A stretch of DNA of 64,000 nt from Euprymna scolopes (taxonomy: Eukaryota). The stretch is from assembly GCA_053919585.1 (NCBI GenBank), contig CM132819.1, one strand, 5' to 3'. Shown one piece after another: positions 1 to 13,119 of this stretch (its first letter is position 1; each line of letters opens with the position of its first letter). The notes under the pieces are model-generated. The model was given only the letters and a program-made list of their open reading frames with translations. It did not search any database and had not been told where the DNA came from. Both the position numbers and the translations under genes were made by a program.

Positions 1-306
1 CCGTCTAGCTGAAACCACTGTCAAAAATTTTCCGCACTCTTTATCTGTGCCTAAATCAAAACGTAGATTCAATGAACAAAGCTTCTTTCTTAGAACTTCA
101 TGCCTGTGGAACTCTGTTCCGTCTGCCTGCTTCCCACCTGGCTACAACCTGGATGTATTCCAGTCCAACGTAAACAAATTCCTGATGAACCACCCCCTTA
201 AGTAGACATTTTTATTAAACCCCACACTAACGTACTGTACATGCAATACCCCTTATCCCTGAGTAGATTCCAGGCCTTGATAAGTGATGATCACCTCATA
301 AAAAAA
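1..306 (+). mobile_element. CR1-type LINE 3' end fragment (ORF2 C-terminus, 3' UTR, A-tail)
   Basis: Same family as the 3' end of the near full-length element at 31650-34305 (ccgtctagctgaaaccact...cccttatcc...ccttgataagtg...A-tail). Confidence 0.9.
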
Positions 307-717
307 CAACAACAAAAAAACAAGAAAGCTGACATGAAACCAAGGAAATTGAAACTGCAAGAGATATCATAAACTATGTTCTCCGCAACCCCCCCCCCCC
401 CAAAAAAAAAAAAACATGAAGCATCTGACCTCGCTGAAATTACACAACAATCGTGAAAGGTTAAAAATAATAGAAGAAACGAGGAGGGAAAACACTAACC
501 ACACCTCAACTAAATGAGTGCGAAGAGTTCTGTGTCCATTGAGGATTCTATTTCTTATTCTAGTGAAAATCCATGTAGCAATTCTAAATATTTTTTTAGA
601 TGAGATGTGAATGCTTGTGTTATGTTGATTAATCGGACTATTAATTTATTTTTATTTCGGACTATTATTCTCATCTTTATTAGTTGTTGTTTTTCATCTT
701 TTATTGATTTGTTTATT

Positions 718-760
718 CACAACGTTTCGGCCAACTATTCCTCTGGCCTTCGTCAGGTGG
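718..760 (-). ncRNA. Minimal type I hammerhead ribozyme motif (PLE-type)
   Basis: Minus strand: cac-CTGACGA-a-ggcca-gaggaatagt-tggcc-GAAA-CG-TT-gtg. Stem I cac/gtg, stem II ggcca/tggcc, palindromic ACGT stem III, GUU site. Confidence 0.7.
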
Positions 761-1127
761 TAACCGCGACGGATAGGAACTTCGAATCTCCTAACTGCAT
801 TCTCAGCAATCACTGCCATCCGTAGTTGTTTTCGTCTCACCACATTTTGGCCAAGTACACCTCTGGTACGCTTTGGGTGGGATTGAAACCGCTATCTTCA
901 GACAATGTAAATCTGGAACTGTAGAGATTCAACGTCTCTATCAACTGTGCCACGGGCCACGAAGGGCGATCAAGGTTGGAGTCTTTGATTTTATAAAAGA
1001 TGAAAAACAACAACTAATAAAGATGAGAATAATAGTCCGAAATAAAAATAAATTAATATATATAATTCTCATCTAAAAAATGAATAATATATAATCGGAC
1101 TTTTATTCTCATCTTGGGTGTTATTAG

Positions 1128-1170
1128 CAAAATGTTTCGGTCGCTGCAACCTGCGACCTTCTTCGGATGT
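1128..1170 (-). ncRNA. Degenerate hammerhead ribozyme motif
   Basis: Minus strand: CCGAAGA-a-ggtcgc-aggttgca-gcgacc-GAAA-CATT. Stem II perfect; core U>C and stem III mutated. Confidence 0.45.
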
Positions 1171-2259
1171 TGAGAACATGCTTCTTTTCCTACTAAGGGA
1201 AAAAGAGGGATGGCTCTGCATTACAAAAATTTGAAACATTTGTTTGAGGGTGGGTCCGTAGATCATAAAGAAGGTTCAATCATCAGGGGTCACTAGGATA
1301 TTTGTTAAAGGTTCGCCTATGGCTCAGTTTTTCGACGCCTTTAATTACAAAATACTGGCAGAGCATGTATTTGAAGTAAAGTGCTTAAGAACTATCTTTG
1401 GAGTAATTCTGAATATTTTTTTAGATGAGATGTGAATGCTTGTGTTATGTTGATTAATCGGACTATTATTCTCATCATTAGTCAAGATGAGAATAAAAGT
1501 TCGATCACTCATCATAACACACGCAAAACAAATGGTCATTGCCAGTAAAAATAAATAGTAAGTGGTTGTTGTGATAACAAAAAATAATATCGAAAATGAT
1601 CACTGTAAACCTGGGTGATATCTTTATAACCAACACACAAAAATCGCGACCGTTTATTGTGAGTAACCCTAACGATGACCTGCCCTAGGGAGTAAATAAT
1701 ATTCATAATAATAATACGTCACTTATCAATCATTTTTTAAGTGCAAAAATGTACAAATAAAACGTCATCATATTGACCCACTGATTCTCGTTAAGCGGTG
1801 TTAAGCCTGACTAGTACTCTATACTAATTAAGAATACTAAGTGATGTTTGTATCAAGGTATGCAGGTATACCTAAGAGAACTGAATGCTCTTGCTTTCCG
1901 CAGTCCCAGGACAACTGAGAAAATGTGTAGCACTTGAAAATCTATCCCGGATATCCCAGTGGAGTACTAAGTTGGAAGTGGATAGGGCTCCTCAGCAATA
2001 GTGAAGAAAATACACCTAGGAGACGGTAACACTGATAACACCAGACAGATAGAAACACTCCGTTAGGCTTGAAAAGCAATCGTCTAATGAGATTGTTACA
2101 AAAAAATCAAACAAAAACAATAGTAAACTATCATGCAAAATATTGATGCCAGTGCGCAATCTGGTCTGACCAAATATGGCGATATTTAAAGTCTAGAAAT
2201 AGATGTTATACTTTGGGTTTTTACATAAATACTTAAAAGGGTGTTATTTTAGTTTAATA

Positions 2260-3157
2260 ACTAGTGAAGCATTCGTGGGCACCCGTGAGTGCACAGTGAA
2301 CGAGGCATAAAAAATGACGAAGTTCACTATTGCCACACCCAACCTATTTAGCCTGAAAAGTTCTCAGGGGATGTAAAATCCTGGTGCAAATGTAGAAACG
2401 GCGCAGTATTTGGCCTTAACATATTTAAATTTGAGTCCAGGACCATGCAAAACGGTGATATGGTAAAATAGTCCCCAAAATGGAGTGTTTTTATTAGCCC
2501 TTAAGGAGCCCCTGGCGTACACCCAAGAGTTATCCCAAGCATAGACAAACAAAATTATCTAGAAAGTTAGTTACAACTTTTCAGAAAGTTTTATAATAAT
2601 CCAAGGCATTACTTTTTATAATAAGCGCAAAAGTGTCAGTTTTAGCCATTTTAATCCGAAAGACACGCCTAGAAGGGCACCCGGAAGGTCCCCGGAAAAT
2701 CTGTTCTGTTACTATTTTACTTTTAAAAAAAATCCAAGGCGTAGTTATTGAAAAAAGTGCGGGCAAACGTACAAGAGTAAATTTACAGGTCCACTCTCCT
2801 TTTGTCGGGGGGGGGGGGGCAAAAAGTTAAAGTTTTATAATTTTGTATAAATGTAATATCGGCTTATACAACCGAACACTGAACAAAACTGTGGAACATT
2901 ACCCCGTTTTCTTAACACACTTATAAACACCCCACTAGAGTGCATCACACCCGAGTTATCTGTACTTTCGAAATGGCAGGTGACGTTGTATCGGTGAATC
3001 GGGAAGTTCGGGAAAATTATTTCTCTTTTTTCCCCTTCCAGCATTTGCTACATCATATCATCTGATCCAGACGTTGGGCTTGCGGATGTTTTGATTAATA
3101 ATTATCTGGACAGAACATGCTCGCACACAAAGACACACAATTACAAAGTATAGGATT
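2260..3157 (-). mobile_element. Non-autonomous Helitron-like element
   Basis: actag followed by hairpin gcattcgtgggcacccgtgagtgc at the left end; ...acacacaattacaaagtataggat at the right end. Same architecture as the other copies. Confidence 0.5.
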
Positions 3158-3304
3158 TAGCATTTCTGCTTTCATAAAAACACACACACGTTATTCTACT
3201 CCGACTTTGTTATGCACATACTCGTTTACACAATTTCCTAGAAAATACCAAGTGCGCCAATGCGTACATATGAACATATGTGCGCAGACCATTAATTTTT
3301 TTTT

Positions 3305-3900
3305 TAATTACATTTTCACCCCAAACAAGGTACATTGCCACTTTGGTGTAGGGGGCTACTATCAGGGACAGCAACTACTGGGGCACTATGTTGGGATTTG
3401 GGCAGCAAGATGTCGGTTCACTTTACACTTGAACTTCTGCATGTCAGTACAGTTAGGGAAGCAGGGACCTGGAATGGTATTCCAGAGTATAACGGTTCTG
3501 GGGAAGAAACTACTGGAGTAGAAAGATCTTTAACATCTAGGTATCTCTACTGTGTGGGGGTGGGATTTAGCCTGCTGTTGGGTTTGTCGAGGGTGTCTAC
3601 GTCGTGGGGGCACAAGTGTTTTCAGTTCGTCAGAGCATTCATCATTAAAATACTTGTAGAACAGGCAGAGGGATGCAACATTTCGTCGATGAAACAGAGG
3701 CTGAAGCTTAGATGCCAATTCAGGGCCTATCAGATTGGCGACTCTCTTTTGAATCTTGTCTAGGAGCGAGAGATTGGCAGCAGATGCACCAGCCCAAATA
3801 TGACAGCAATACTCCATACATGGGCGAATAGTGGCCTTATACAGGTACATGATACTTTCAGGTGTCAGTAGTTTTCTAGCACGGTAGAGAGAGCCTACTT
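3305..3900 (-). mobile_element. CR1-type LINE 3' fragment (second subfamily)
   Basis: ORF 3530-3850 reads LYKATIRPCMEYCCHIWAG...LDKIQKR...HRRNVASLCLFYKY, the typical CR1/L2 ORF2 C-terminus. Confidence 0.9.
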
Positions 3901-4619
3901 TTTTATAAACGTTTTGTACATATTCTCATAAACAATAATAGTTTTTGTTCTTATATGGAATACTATATTATACTTGAAATTTTTAATACTTCAAGCAAAG
4001 TATATTAAAACTTGGACACAAATGGCTACTATTTAAATCATGTTTACAAAAAACTATACGAGGAATTCAGCAGGGAAACGTCTGTTCGCCGTACATTAAA
4101 ACGTTTATATGTATAATTTAAATACAGCCAGGGAAACCGGAAGCAAGGAGGAAATCCCAATGTCTAGCGATCCAAGTGAAGAAACTATCCGAGCAGAATG
4201 CTTTCAAGCGTCCCAAAATTTCAGTAATGAAGGAATGAGATTTGCCTGCTTGACGAGTTGGTGAGAGATACGTGCAGGGAGCACGAGAGCTAGGCACAGC
4301 GATTCCACATTAGGACGATCTGGCGAAACTTGGTAAATAGCGCAGGATCTATTAGATTGGAAACTCCCGTTTGTTCCTGTCTAAGCGAGAGAGGCTAATG
4401 GTAGATGCGCATGCCTAGATGTTGCAATAATACTCGATGTATGGATGAACGGGTGCTTTGTCGAGATATGGGATACTCGCAGGTGTGAATGACTTTCTAG
4501 CAGAGTAGTGGGAACACACCTCCTTTTAAGAAGCTTTTCAATGTCCGTAATGTAATAATTTCAATATTCTTATCTGTTATTTTTGTTTTCATTCGCATGC
4601 CTGTATTATGAACAACAAT

Positions 4620-4825
4620 ATGGTATGTTTTATGATCTGCCCTAGCGCAGTATAAACACCCCAAACAACTTCATGTTAAGAACGGCTTTCGGAAAAACAC
4701 CCCCAACCTCCACATATTAAGAACGGCTTTTGAGGTTGCGGGGTGTTTATTCTAAAAGCCGTCATTAACATGGGGAGGGTGAGGTGTTTATAATACACTG
4801 GGGCAAGTCGCAAAAAAATTACCAA
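4620..4825. mobile_element. Palindromic MITE-like element
   Basis: tataaacacc...catgttaagaacggcttt...aaacacccc is the imperfect reverse complement of ggggtgttt...aaagccgtcattaacatg...ggtgtttata. Confidence 0.6.
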
Positions 4826-5051
4826 AAATATATATAGGTAACTAGCTGCGGTGTTAAGCGTAGCATCGACGTTTAAGCGTCAGCTAAAAAGATGTTCAAA
4901 TTAATGGATGGAATATACGAGTACTAGTTGTAAAGAGCAGCTACGTACATCGATCAGGAGCTTGGACATGAACGAATACCTATTCCGTACTCGAATGAAC
5001 CTGCAATCGGTATATTAAGATTGCGTGGAGGAAAAACATTAGATGGTTCTA

Positions 5052-5468
5052 CTAATAGACGCTGTGATCTAGACCACATCTACAATCTGCATAATAAAGA
5101 AATTGAACCAATTGACTTCTTTTTCTCATTAATAATACATTCTCTCTCTTTTTTTTTCATATGTGCTTTCTTTTAAGTGCGTTGTTTATTTGTTCAGCGA
5201 TCATACTGCGTCAGAGAACCTTTGTTTTCAATGTATAGATACGCGCCATCGTATGACCTTTTTTTATTTTCACTCGAGCGGATTTCATGTATGCGGATTT
5301 GTGCCTTATATTCCCTCATTTCGTTTTTATCTTTAACTTTTTTATGTTTGTAGCATATTTAGTTTCTTTCGATGTGGCTTACTTATTTCTGTATATATTT
5401 TGTTCATTGCGTGCGTAGAATTGTTCGTTTTTGCTTCACCATCTTCCTTGACTTTTTTAGCGAACTTA

Positions 5469-5540
<72 letters not shown>

Positions 5541-6979
5541 AAACACGAAAATAAAACACAAATAAAAGACAGACAGAAAATTATACGGACAAAGAGTTTA
5601 CCAGTTTCATTCGAATCTCCAACTTTAAAAAGCATCTCATCTATAACTAAGGGAACATCTTTCCCCCTAGTGTAAAGGCAAGATAACTGAGGAAAGATAA
5701 CCGACTCAATGACAGTGAGCGCAAGTTTCCCTTTTTTCAGATTGATATTTTTACAAGAGCTACATATGCATCTTGCCGAATCGAATTATTGCGCGCCTAG
5801 AAAGGAACCCCGCCTATTTTTTTAAATTCGTACGAATGGATCAGAGGAGATTCCAAGTTGCATTGTTATAATGAGCTAACTTATGCATTCATGAGCTGAA
5901 AGTTACATATCTTTGTTGCAGATATTTACGATGTGAGACTCCAAGAAAATAAACTGTTATAAACGTGCATCAGAATCAGAGATTTGTCATTGAATTCCTG
6001 GGAAAAGTACAATTAACATGATAGTGACTATGCAGAATAATAAATCCTGGAGCATGAAACGTCGCTTGTATTTATGGTACTCGTACAACTCCCGTCTTCG
6101 TAGCTCTTGGACTTTTCCAGTTCAAATATATAGGACGCTTTACTTGTGAAGTGATCCTCATATAACTCGGATATTTCAACGACTTCCCTCGATGATAAAT
6201 CTTCTCTATATAAGTACAATAGCGTGAGTATGTCAAGCTTATATCTTTTTTCTTCCGAGTGACTGTCGTTTAACTGTTAGGAACATTTATTTCCAGTAAA
6301 AAAAAAAAAAAATACCAAGAATTTTTATAAGTTTTGGTTTCGGTTTAGATTATAGCTAATGGCACTCATGTAATCTGTTTTATAAATAATTTTACCAACA
6401 GTTCTTCATAAGTTTTGGTTTCAGTTTCGATTCTTACTGATAAACCCAAGTCAAATGGATATACATTTATTATTTTTGAAATTACAATTATATAATATAT
6501 GAGAATCGATAGAAAATTGACTCTATAATAATATATAAGAAATATACATGAATTAAAATGTCATATTTAAGCGTATTTTACGACTGGTCTACGCTGGTCG
6601 TCCCTACTAGCTTAGATACATTCTTTTGCAGTAAAAAAAGAGATACAATGACATAAGGCTGTATCAATTTACGCTGAACATCTGCAGAAAGCCAACATCA
6701 ATATATTACAGATTAACAAGTTCGGTGCGGAATTTCCACAGGTCCCGCTCGTACACACATACTTTTTGGTTGGAATATAGCTTTTATGAAAGCATCAGTG
6801 TTTGGTCTTAAAAAAATACTTGCACTAAATATTCTTTGTCTAGCAACCAAAGATAAACCATATGCAAGACGGAAGAAAAAAAAACACCGATAACATTGAC
6901 GCATATCTAACAAATTCGAACCTTGTGCCTTTCATGATAATATACGTCCAATGTATTCCAGCGATAGATTCCCACGCAA
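5052..6979 (-). CDS. Multi-exon divergent copine-like tandem-C2 gene, possibly a pseudogene, with no vWA domain
   Basis: Phase-consistent GT-AG exons 6979-6922 (AWESIAGIHWTYIIMKGT), 6839-6763 (QRIFSASIFLRPNTDAFIKAIFQPK), 6681-6582 (VQRKLIQPYVIVSLFLLQKNVSKLVGTTSVDQ). Second consistent chain 5997-5930, 5666-5602, 5469-5383, 5086-5052 (ends CRCGLDHSVY*). The exon starting at 6273 reads EDLSSREVVEI...DHFTSKASYIF...KSYEDGSCT, resembling copine C2B (EEL..CRD...DFFGKSDPFL.FYRSNEDGTFT). Junctions at ~6475-6396 and ~6060 do not close cleanly. Confidence 0.6.
5473..5536. repeat. (TA)n microsatellite inside a predicted intron
   Basis: Direct reading; one of many (TA)n tracts in the window. Confidence 0.95.
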
Positions 6980-7016
6980 CTGAAATTTTTGGTCAACAAA
7001 GTTTATTATTTTCAAT

Positions 7017-7635
7017 GTGGAAAGAGAGATCAGGGTTCTGGTTGGCACAACACTGAAAGAAGTCGCTGAGTTTACGTATCTGGGCAGCAATATAGTTTCT
7101 ACAGAAAGCCATATCGAAATTCGCATCTCAAGAGCATGGGCCGCGTTGGATGGGCTATGTGCAGTATGGAATTCAAGGCTAAATGACGAACTGAAAAGGC
7201 AGTTCTTCAACGCAGTGGTAGAGTCTGTCCTTGCTGAGTTTATTATAGCCTTGACACTCACCAAAAGTTTGGAAAGAAAACTAGACGGCACATACAGTCG
7301 TATAATACAAACAGTCTTTAATATATCTTGGCAAAATCATCTCACAAAGCAGCAACTTTATGGCAACCTACCTACAATATCTAATACCATCGGGGAGAGA
7401 CGCTTACGATTTTCCGGTCACTGTCTGAGCAGCAAAAACGAATTGGTGAGTGATGTATTGCTATGGACTCCACAACACGGACGCGCAAGCAAAGGACGCC
7501 CGATATCCACGTACATTTAGCAAATAGCACACGACGCCAAGATCTGAGACAATAGATGGAAGAAAGGAACCTCTGGAGAGGAAGAGTAACATGATCCAGG
7601 ACAGGAGCCCGTCATTATGGTGATGATGATGATTA
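7017..7635 (+). mobile_element. RTE-clade LINE 3' fragment
   Basis: ORF 7017-7520 reads FTYLGSNI...IRISRAWAA...FFNAVVESVL...RRLRFSGHC...LLWTPQHG...GRP; ends in a (GAT)n tail at ~7620-7633. Confidence 0.9.
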
Positions 7636-8204
7636 TATTCCTGATAAAACCCAACACTTTAACTGTATAACAATAGGTATGTCTATATATGTATATGCAT
7701 ATACTATACTGCCTTGAACCGAGTTGATTTGGCTTCCCTTGAAAGAGGAAATTTCATGCTGGTATGAAATTCAACAGCGACCCCGGTCAGTGCATATGAT
7801 TAATTCCTAAGCTAGTCACAAGTTATCAATAATTTTGAAATATAACTGGTAAGTGTGAGGGTAAGGGAATATAAGCCACATTTAGTTTCATTTAGTTTTG
7901 TTCGAAGAATTGATCAGAGTCGGCAGATCCTCATAACGGTTCAGATACCCTCAATTGTTTCGAAGTTTTAATGACAGGTAGTAATTCATAAATATCAAAC
8001 AAATGTCATTTCAAACGTAAATGATAATTCAAGCGTCATGTTTACAGACTGACAGAAAGGCTATTTGAAACTTTACGATAGCCAATGCATTAACTAGGAG
8101 TAATGTCAAAAATAGACTTACCGCAAGGACACAAATGGTGTGTTATTTCTAAAACTCGTACATAGGAAAAAAGAAAACACAAGAATTGTACTTGGTTTTA
8201 TGTA

Positions 8205-8713
8205 AGTGTAGCCGGGCTTCCCGGCGTTGCCCGTGTGTTTAGGTAATGTAGTAAGGAGGCCCGAAGGTTGGGTCAAAACAACAGTAGCGTGCGTGCTCGA
8301 GTGTGTGTAGGTGGTTGAGTAAGGAATGCCGGGGGTGTAAAAAGGTGGTACAACCGGGGGGGATCAAAAGAGCAGTAGCCACAGGTATAAAAAAAAGGGG
8401 TGGTAGGCAGGCAGGTTCGAATCCGTAATGCGAAGGAGAAAAAAAAGTTAAAAAAAACGTGTCGTCTTAATCGATACCTTCATCGCCCGACCGGAAATTC
8501 GGAACGTTGAAATTAAATGTACTTAATCGAAAAGAAGACGATGACTTGCTAAAATGTCAGCGAAAAGAGCGACCCAAAACTGCTCGGTTGAGGGTCAATG
8601 AATAAATGTTTTGGGATACCTTTTGATTATTTGTCGTCCGAAAGACGGAGCATTAAAACGATATCGATTTCGTCAAGATCCGTCGCTTCTGCCGAAAGCT
8701 TTTGCGAAACATA

Positions 8714-8789
<76 letters not shown>

Positions 8790-8850
8790 CACACTCACAA
8801 AACAGTTCAGACGCGTCTAGAAAGAAGGTCAGATTTCATAGAATATATAT
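8205..8850 (-). mobile_element. Non-autonomous Helitron with internal (CA)n
   Basis: cccggcgttgcccg hairpin near a degenerate CTAG end (gtag); (CA)n near the opposite end. Confidence 0.65.
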
Positions 8851-9369
8851 TTCACACAGTTATAACAGCAGATTTATTGATGAATAACGAATCAGCGTTT
8901 CGATCGTGTTAAAACATATTTTCACTGTGCATTCAATGGCGTGAAAATGGAATTTAAAAATAAAAGAACAGAAAACAAAGTTTGTCGACAAAAGAAAGCG
9001 CTGATAATTTTAAGTGCTCTCTTATAATAATAGAATATGATTGTTAATTGTTTCGACAGAAATAACACTGTTGAGCGTATTTCGAATGTAAATGCGTCTC
9101 AAGTGGAAAGATTACTAATCACTTCATTACACCGTCCAACAAACGTTGAAAAGTACGAAGGAAGAAGATGATGATTCTTTAGAAGTAAAATATTTAATCT
9201 TTTAAATAATTTACTTCTAAGACTCATCTAAAATAAATCTTAGATGTAAATAAATCTAAGAATCGTATTGTCAATATAGACGTAAATCCGAATAGACTAG
9301 TGAATGCATATCTTTAAAATAAATTAGACAACTCGACTCTGGTTGTTCTTACAGTTGTATATTATTTCG

Positions 9370-11280
9370 GGGTAAAACACTTCATCAAGAAAATGTGTAA
9401 AAACAGGGTAAAATGATGACAATAGACCTCTATGTTGTGCTTACTTTATAGAATACCTGTTGCTTAAGATGTATCAACTGTAATGATACCAGCTAGCGGG
9501 TTTTATGAATACAGATGTTTTCTTTTCATAACGTCCAACATACAGCCAATACAAACAAAAGGCGTGCGTTCAATTTACGTTGAAAGAAGACTCATTATTT
9601 AAAATGTTAGTAGATTTGAAACATTGTTTTAAAAACTATTGTATTTACAAGAGGGGCGTCCCGAAAGTAACAGTGTAAGACTCTAAAAATGCAAACCCTT
9701 TCATGGGCATACGTCAGAAGCATATATGCGGCATTGGATTCCTGGTTAATGTAAATTGAGAATGCGGGTAACTATGTAGAAAAATTAATTCCGGAGAACA
9801 ACAAGCCGCTTATCTTGATTGTACCACTTCCCTCTTCGATGCTTCGAGCTGAAAATATAGGAAGCGTCATATTTAGAACGGCTTTCGTATGACAAAGCGT
9901 GCTCCGGACGCCCATGCGCAGTTATCTTTATTGTTGGCAAAGGTGGATTGAGAGTGTCGGTGACTACGTAGCAATATGAAGTTCGTTCGTTGTAATGATA
10001 CAACACACGTATTCGCAGATGTTCAACTATTTGGGCCATACTTTGTTTTTGGAACGTTATTTCTATTAAAATAAAAAATAAGTAGCAGAAACTGTGGAAG
10101 GAAGCAAAGAAATAGTGAAATTTTTAACGATACTAATTTAATTTGTTTCGAGAGACAAATAAGAGAATTGTGTTTTTTGATTGAACAATACATGAAATGA
10201 ATAAAAAAAATAAAATAAAACAACGATTAATTTAAGATATTTTTTAGCAAATTCTTTTAAAGACTTTTAAAGCTAATGAATTGATTAAAAAATATACTTT
10301 TTTTTCAAGGAAAATTCAACACACAACAGTGCTTTTTTCCTGAATAATTTTTAATATAAATTATAAAAGAACAAGTGCCAATTCACTTCCACATTTTATT
10401 AAACTTAAAACATAATTAATAATAAAATTTACAATCTTCTTTCAACATGACTTTTTTAAATTGTAAAATAAATTTGAAACCGTAAAAAGACAGTCACTTT
10501 TTTGTTTCGAAAATCTTTGAAGAGAACTTGACTTTAATGATTTTAACTGGTAAGGAATCATAAAGTAATAATGATAAAGGAGAGTAATTCGTTTCTCTAA
10601 AATGAATGCATGTAATTATCTTTTTGACACTGGACGTACGGACAAGTAAATAAATATTTAGATACTTAACTAGCAATGCATCTAAATATCATATAGATGA
10701 TTAACATATATACACACACTATCTTGTTTATGTTACGTTATGCTAAAGTTCTTTAGATTTAACCATGTCATCTATTTAATATTTTAAATTACAACTATAT
10801 ATTATATGAGAATAGATAGGAAATTAACTCTATAATAATATATAAGAAATATACATCAATTAAAACATCATATTTAAGCGTATTTTACGAGCGGTCTATG
10901 CTGGTCGTCCCTGATAGCTTGGATAAATATTTTTGCAGATAAAAAAGAGCTGCAGTAATATCAGATTATACCAACATATGCTAAACATCTGAAGAATGCC
11001 AACATCAATATATTACAGATGAACAAGTCCGCTGCGGAATTTCCACATCCCCGGCTAGTAAACACACATTTTTGGTTGGAATATAGATTTTATGAACTCA
11101 TCAATTTTTGGTCTTAAAATCTTACTTGCACTAAATATTCTTTGCTAGTAACCAAAGATAAAACATATACAAGAAGAAAAAAATGCTGATAACATTAATG
11201 CATATTTAACAAACTCGAACTTTTTGCCTTCCAAGATAATATACGTCGAATATATTCCAGGGATAAATTCCCAGGGAACT
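9370..11280 (-). pseudogene. Copine-like C2 gene copy, partly a segmental duplicate of 6475-7100
   Basis: ~10780-11405 aligns by eye with ~6475-7105, but exon C carries stops. Exon ~10605-10498 reads ETNYSPLSLLLYDSLPVKIIKVKF. ORF 9785-10039 SKYDASYIFSSKHRRGKW resembles GKSDPYLEFHKQ..GNW. Small exon ~9680 SYTVTFGTPL and PFVCIG at ~9560. Confidence 0.55.
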
Positions 11281-11314
11281 GAAAGTTATGGTCAACAAAT
11301 TTTATTACTTTCAA

Positions 11315-11408
11315 TGTGCAAATAGAAATCAGGGCTCTGGTTGGCACAACACTGAAAGAAGTCGCAGAGAATACGTATCTGGCCAGCAATATATTTTCCA
11401 CAGAAAGA
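11315..11408 (+). mobile_element. Duplicated RTE 5' junction fragment
   Basis: Near-identical to ~7017-7105, including the junction with flanking DNA. Confidence 0.7.
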
Positions 11409-12124
11409 CAAAAAAAAAATACACAAAAAACACTTGACGTAAGTTTATAAAAAGGAATGACAATTTATTTTCTGTTCAATTCTTTCTCAATGTACTATGG
11501 AGAGTGAGGGAGAGAGAGATGGGCGTGGTGGAATGTTGTGGGTGACACAAAATGACAACTGGTCGTCTCGGTGCCCTTCTCTCTAACTGACTATTTTCCT
11601 TGGTTGACATTTGTTTTTATTTAAAAAAAACTTTAGATAGGAATTTCGTTTTTCCATGCGGCATTCCACTGACCCTTATAAAATTCGCCCAAGGCGAATT
11701 TTTAATATGACTGTTTTCAAAACTTGTCAGTTCAAGAATATTGGTTTCAAAGTATATCCACTCTTCTTTGAATTGTTAGGACTTTTTACAATATTTCTTG
11801 GTTTAAAGATTTCCACAATATTTGCGTATGTGCATCCATTCTATTTGCGTGTGTACACAACTAGCAATAATTCCGGCGTTGCCCAGAATCCTATTCAACA
11901 TTTATAGGTAGATTTGCAATTTTATTCAAAGGGTAATCAGTGTATCTGCTTAACGAGAAAAATACATTTTTTCCGATCTAAAATATTTCGGATCGTGTTT
12001 AAGGCAAGACGGAATTCCTGCCTTACTCACCGCCATAATGGGGAAGAGCTGTTTTGTTAGGGCTGAATTCTCGGGAGAAACGCAGTTAAAACACTAACTA
12101 TAAGTGTACCTATTTATAATGCCT

Positions 12125-12530
12125 CCCCACGGGACAGAGTTAGACACCAGGGTCGTTTTTTTAACGTGGAGAAAAGATAGAAAAATAAAAAAAATTGTCT
12201 CAATCGAGAAGGACTGTTCCTCCACTGAAAGAGAACAAGAAATTGAAGTGCAACATCTGAAGAACAGATACTACACTTTGATCTTGGCCAAAAGGTCAGT
12301 TATTTATTTGCTCCTCCACCGAGCAAATTAGGCACAAGGCCGATTTTTAATGTAAGGAGTGAAGGGGAAATGGGGACCAACTCCCCGGGGAGTAGGGGAG
12401 CTGGATAGTGACAATTGGTATGAAGGGTTTCCCCCACATAGGGTCGCCCCCACATAAGGTCTTTGTTTGCAGTATCTGCCGGAACAGATACTACACTTTG
12501 ATCTTGGCCTGAAGGCCAATGTTACCACAT
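12125..12530. repeat. Partially tandem ~220-bp repeat element running into a gap
   Basis: gaacagatactacactttgatcttggcc occurs at ~12261 and ~12482. Confidence 0.55.
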
Positions 12531-13119
12531 ATNNNNNNNNNNNNNNNNNNNNNNNNNNNNNNNNNNNNNNNNNNNNNNNNNNNNNNNNNNNNNNNNNNNN
12601 NNNNNNNNNNNNNNNNNNNNNNNNNNNNNNNNNNNNNNNNNNNNNNNNNNNNNNNNNNNNNNNNNNNNNNNNNNNNNTGAGTGAGAAGAGATGAGAGGGA
12701 GAGATACGTACTAAGAGTAGATGGTTCTATACATACACCCGTTACGTCCTGAAATTATACAGTATTCAGCCATAAAGCATATGTCTGCCTGTTTATATTT
12801 TAATAGTGTGAAACATTAATCGGATTTTCATATACGTATGCAAAATATTAGATAAATGGAAAATAGACATAATACATGTATGAATAGAGACACATAGATT
12901 TCATTTATACAGTTCAATCACGCACATATACCATGTTGGCTTCATATAAGCTTACGTGCAACAGGAATATCAATTGAAATCTATTATTTGAGAGTGCTGA
13001 GAGCATTAAAATATGAGTTTGGTTTCAATCAAATTGCGATATCTACATAGACATTTTATCATGCATTAAATTTTATAATGTAACACAAACACAGAAAGAG
13101 ACACATTTTCTTATTTTAA

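Larger units (their letters stand above)
580..1475 (-). mobile_element. Penelope-like (PLE) terminal-repeat-type remnant with direct and inverted repeats and hammerhead motifs
   Basis: Direct repeat ~580-643 vs ~1405-1470; ~66-bp inverted repeat ~639-705 vs ~992-1058; HHR cores at 718-760 and 1128-1170. Segment ~721-965 recurs inverted at ~26430-26660 next to a GIY-YIG remnant. Confidence 0.6.

Noticed and set aside
8121-8148. 27-nt minus-strand micro-exon with a strong GTAAGT donor
   Set aside because: Could not be linked in phase to the neighbouring exons with confidence.
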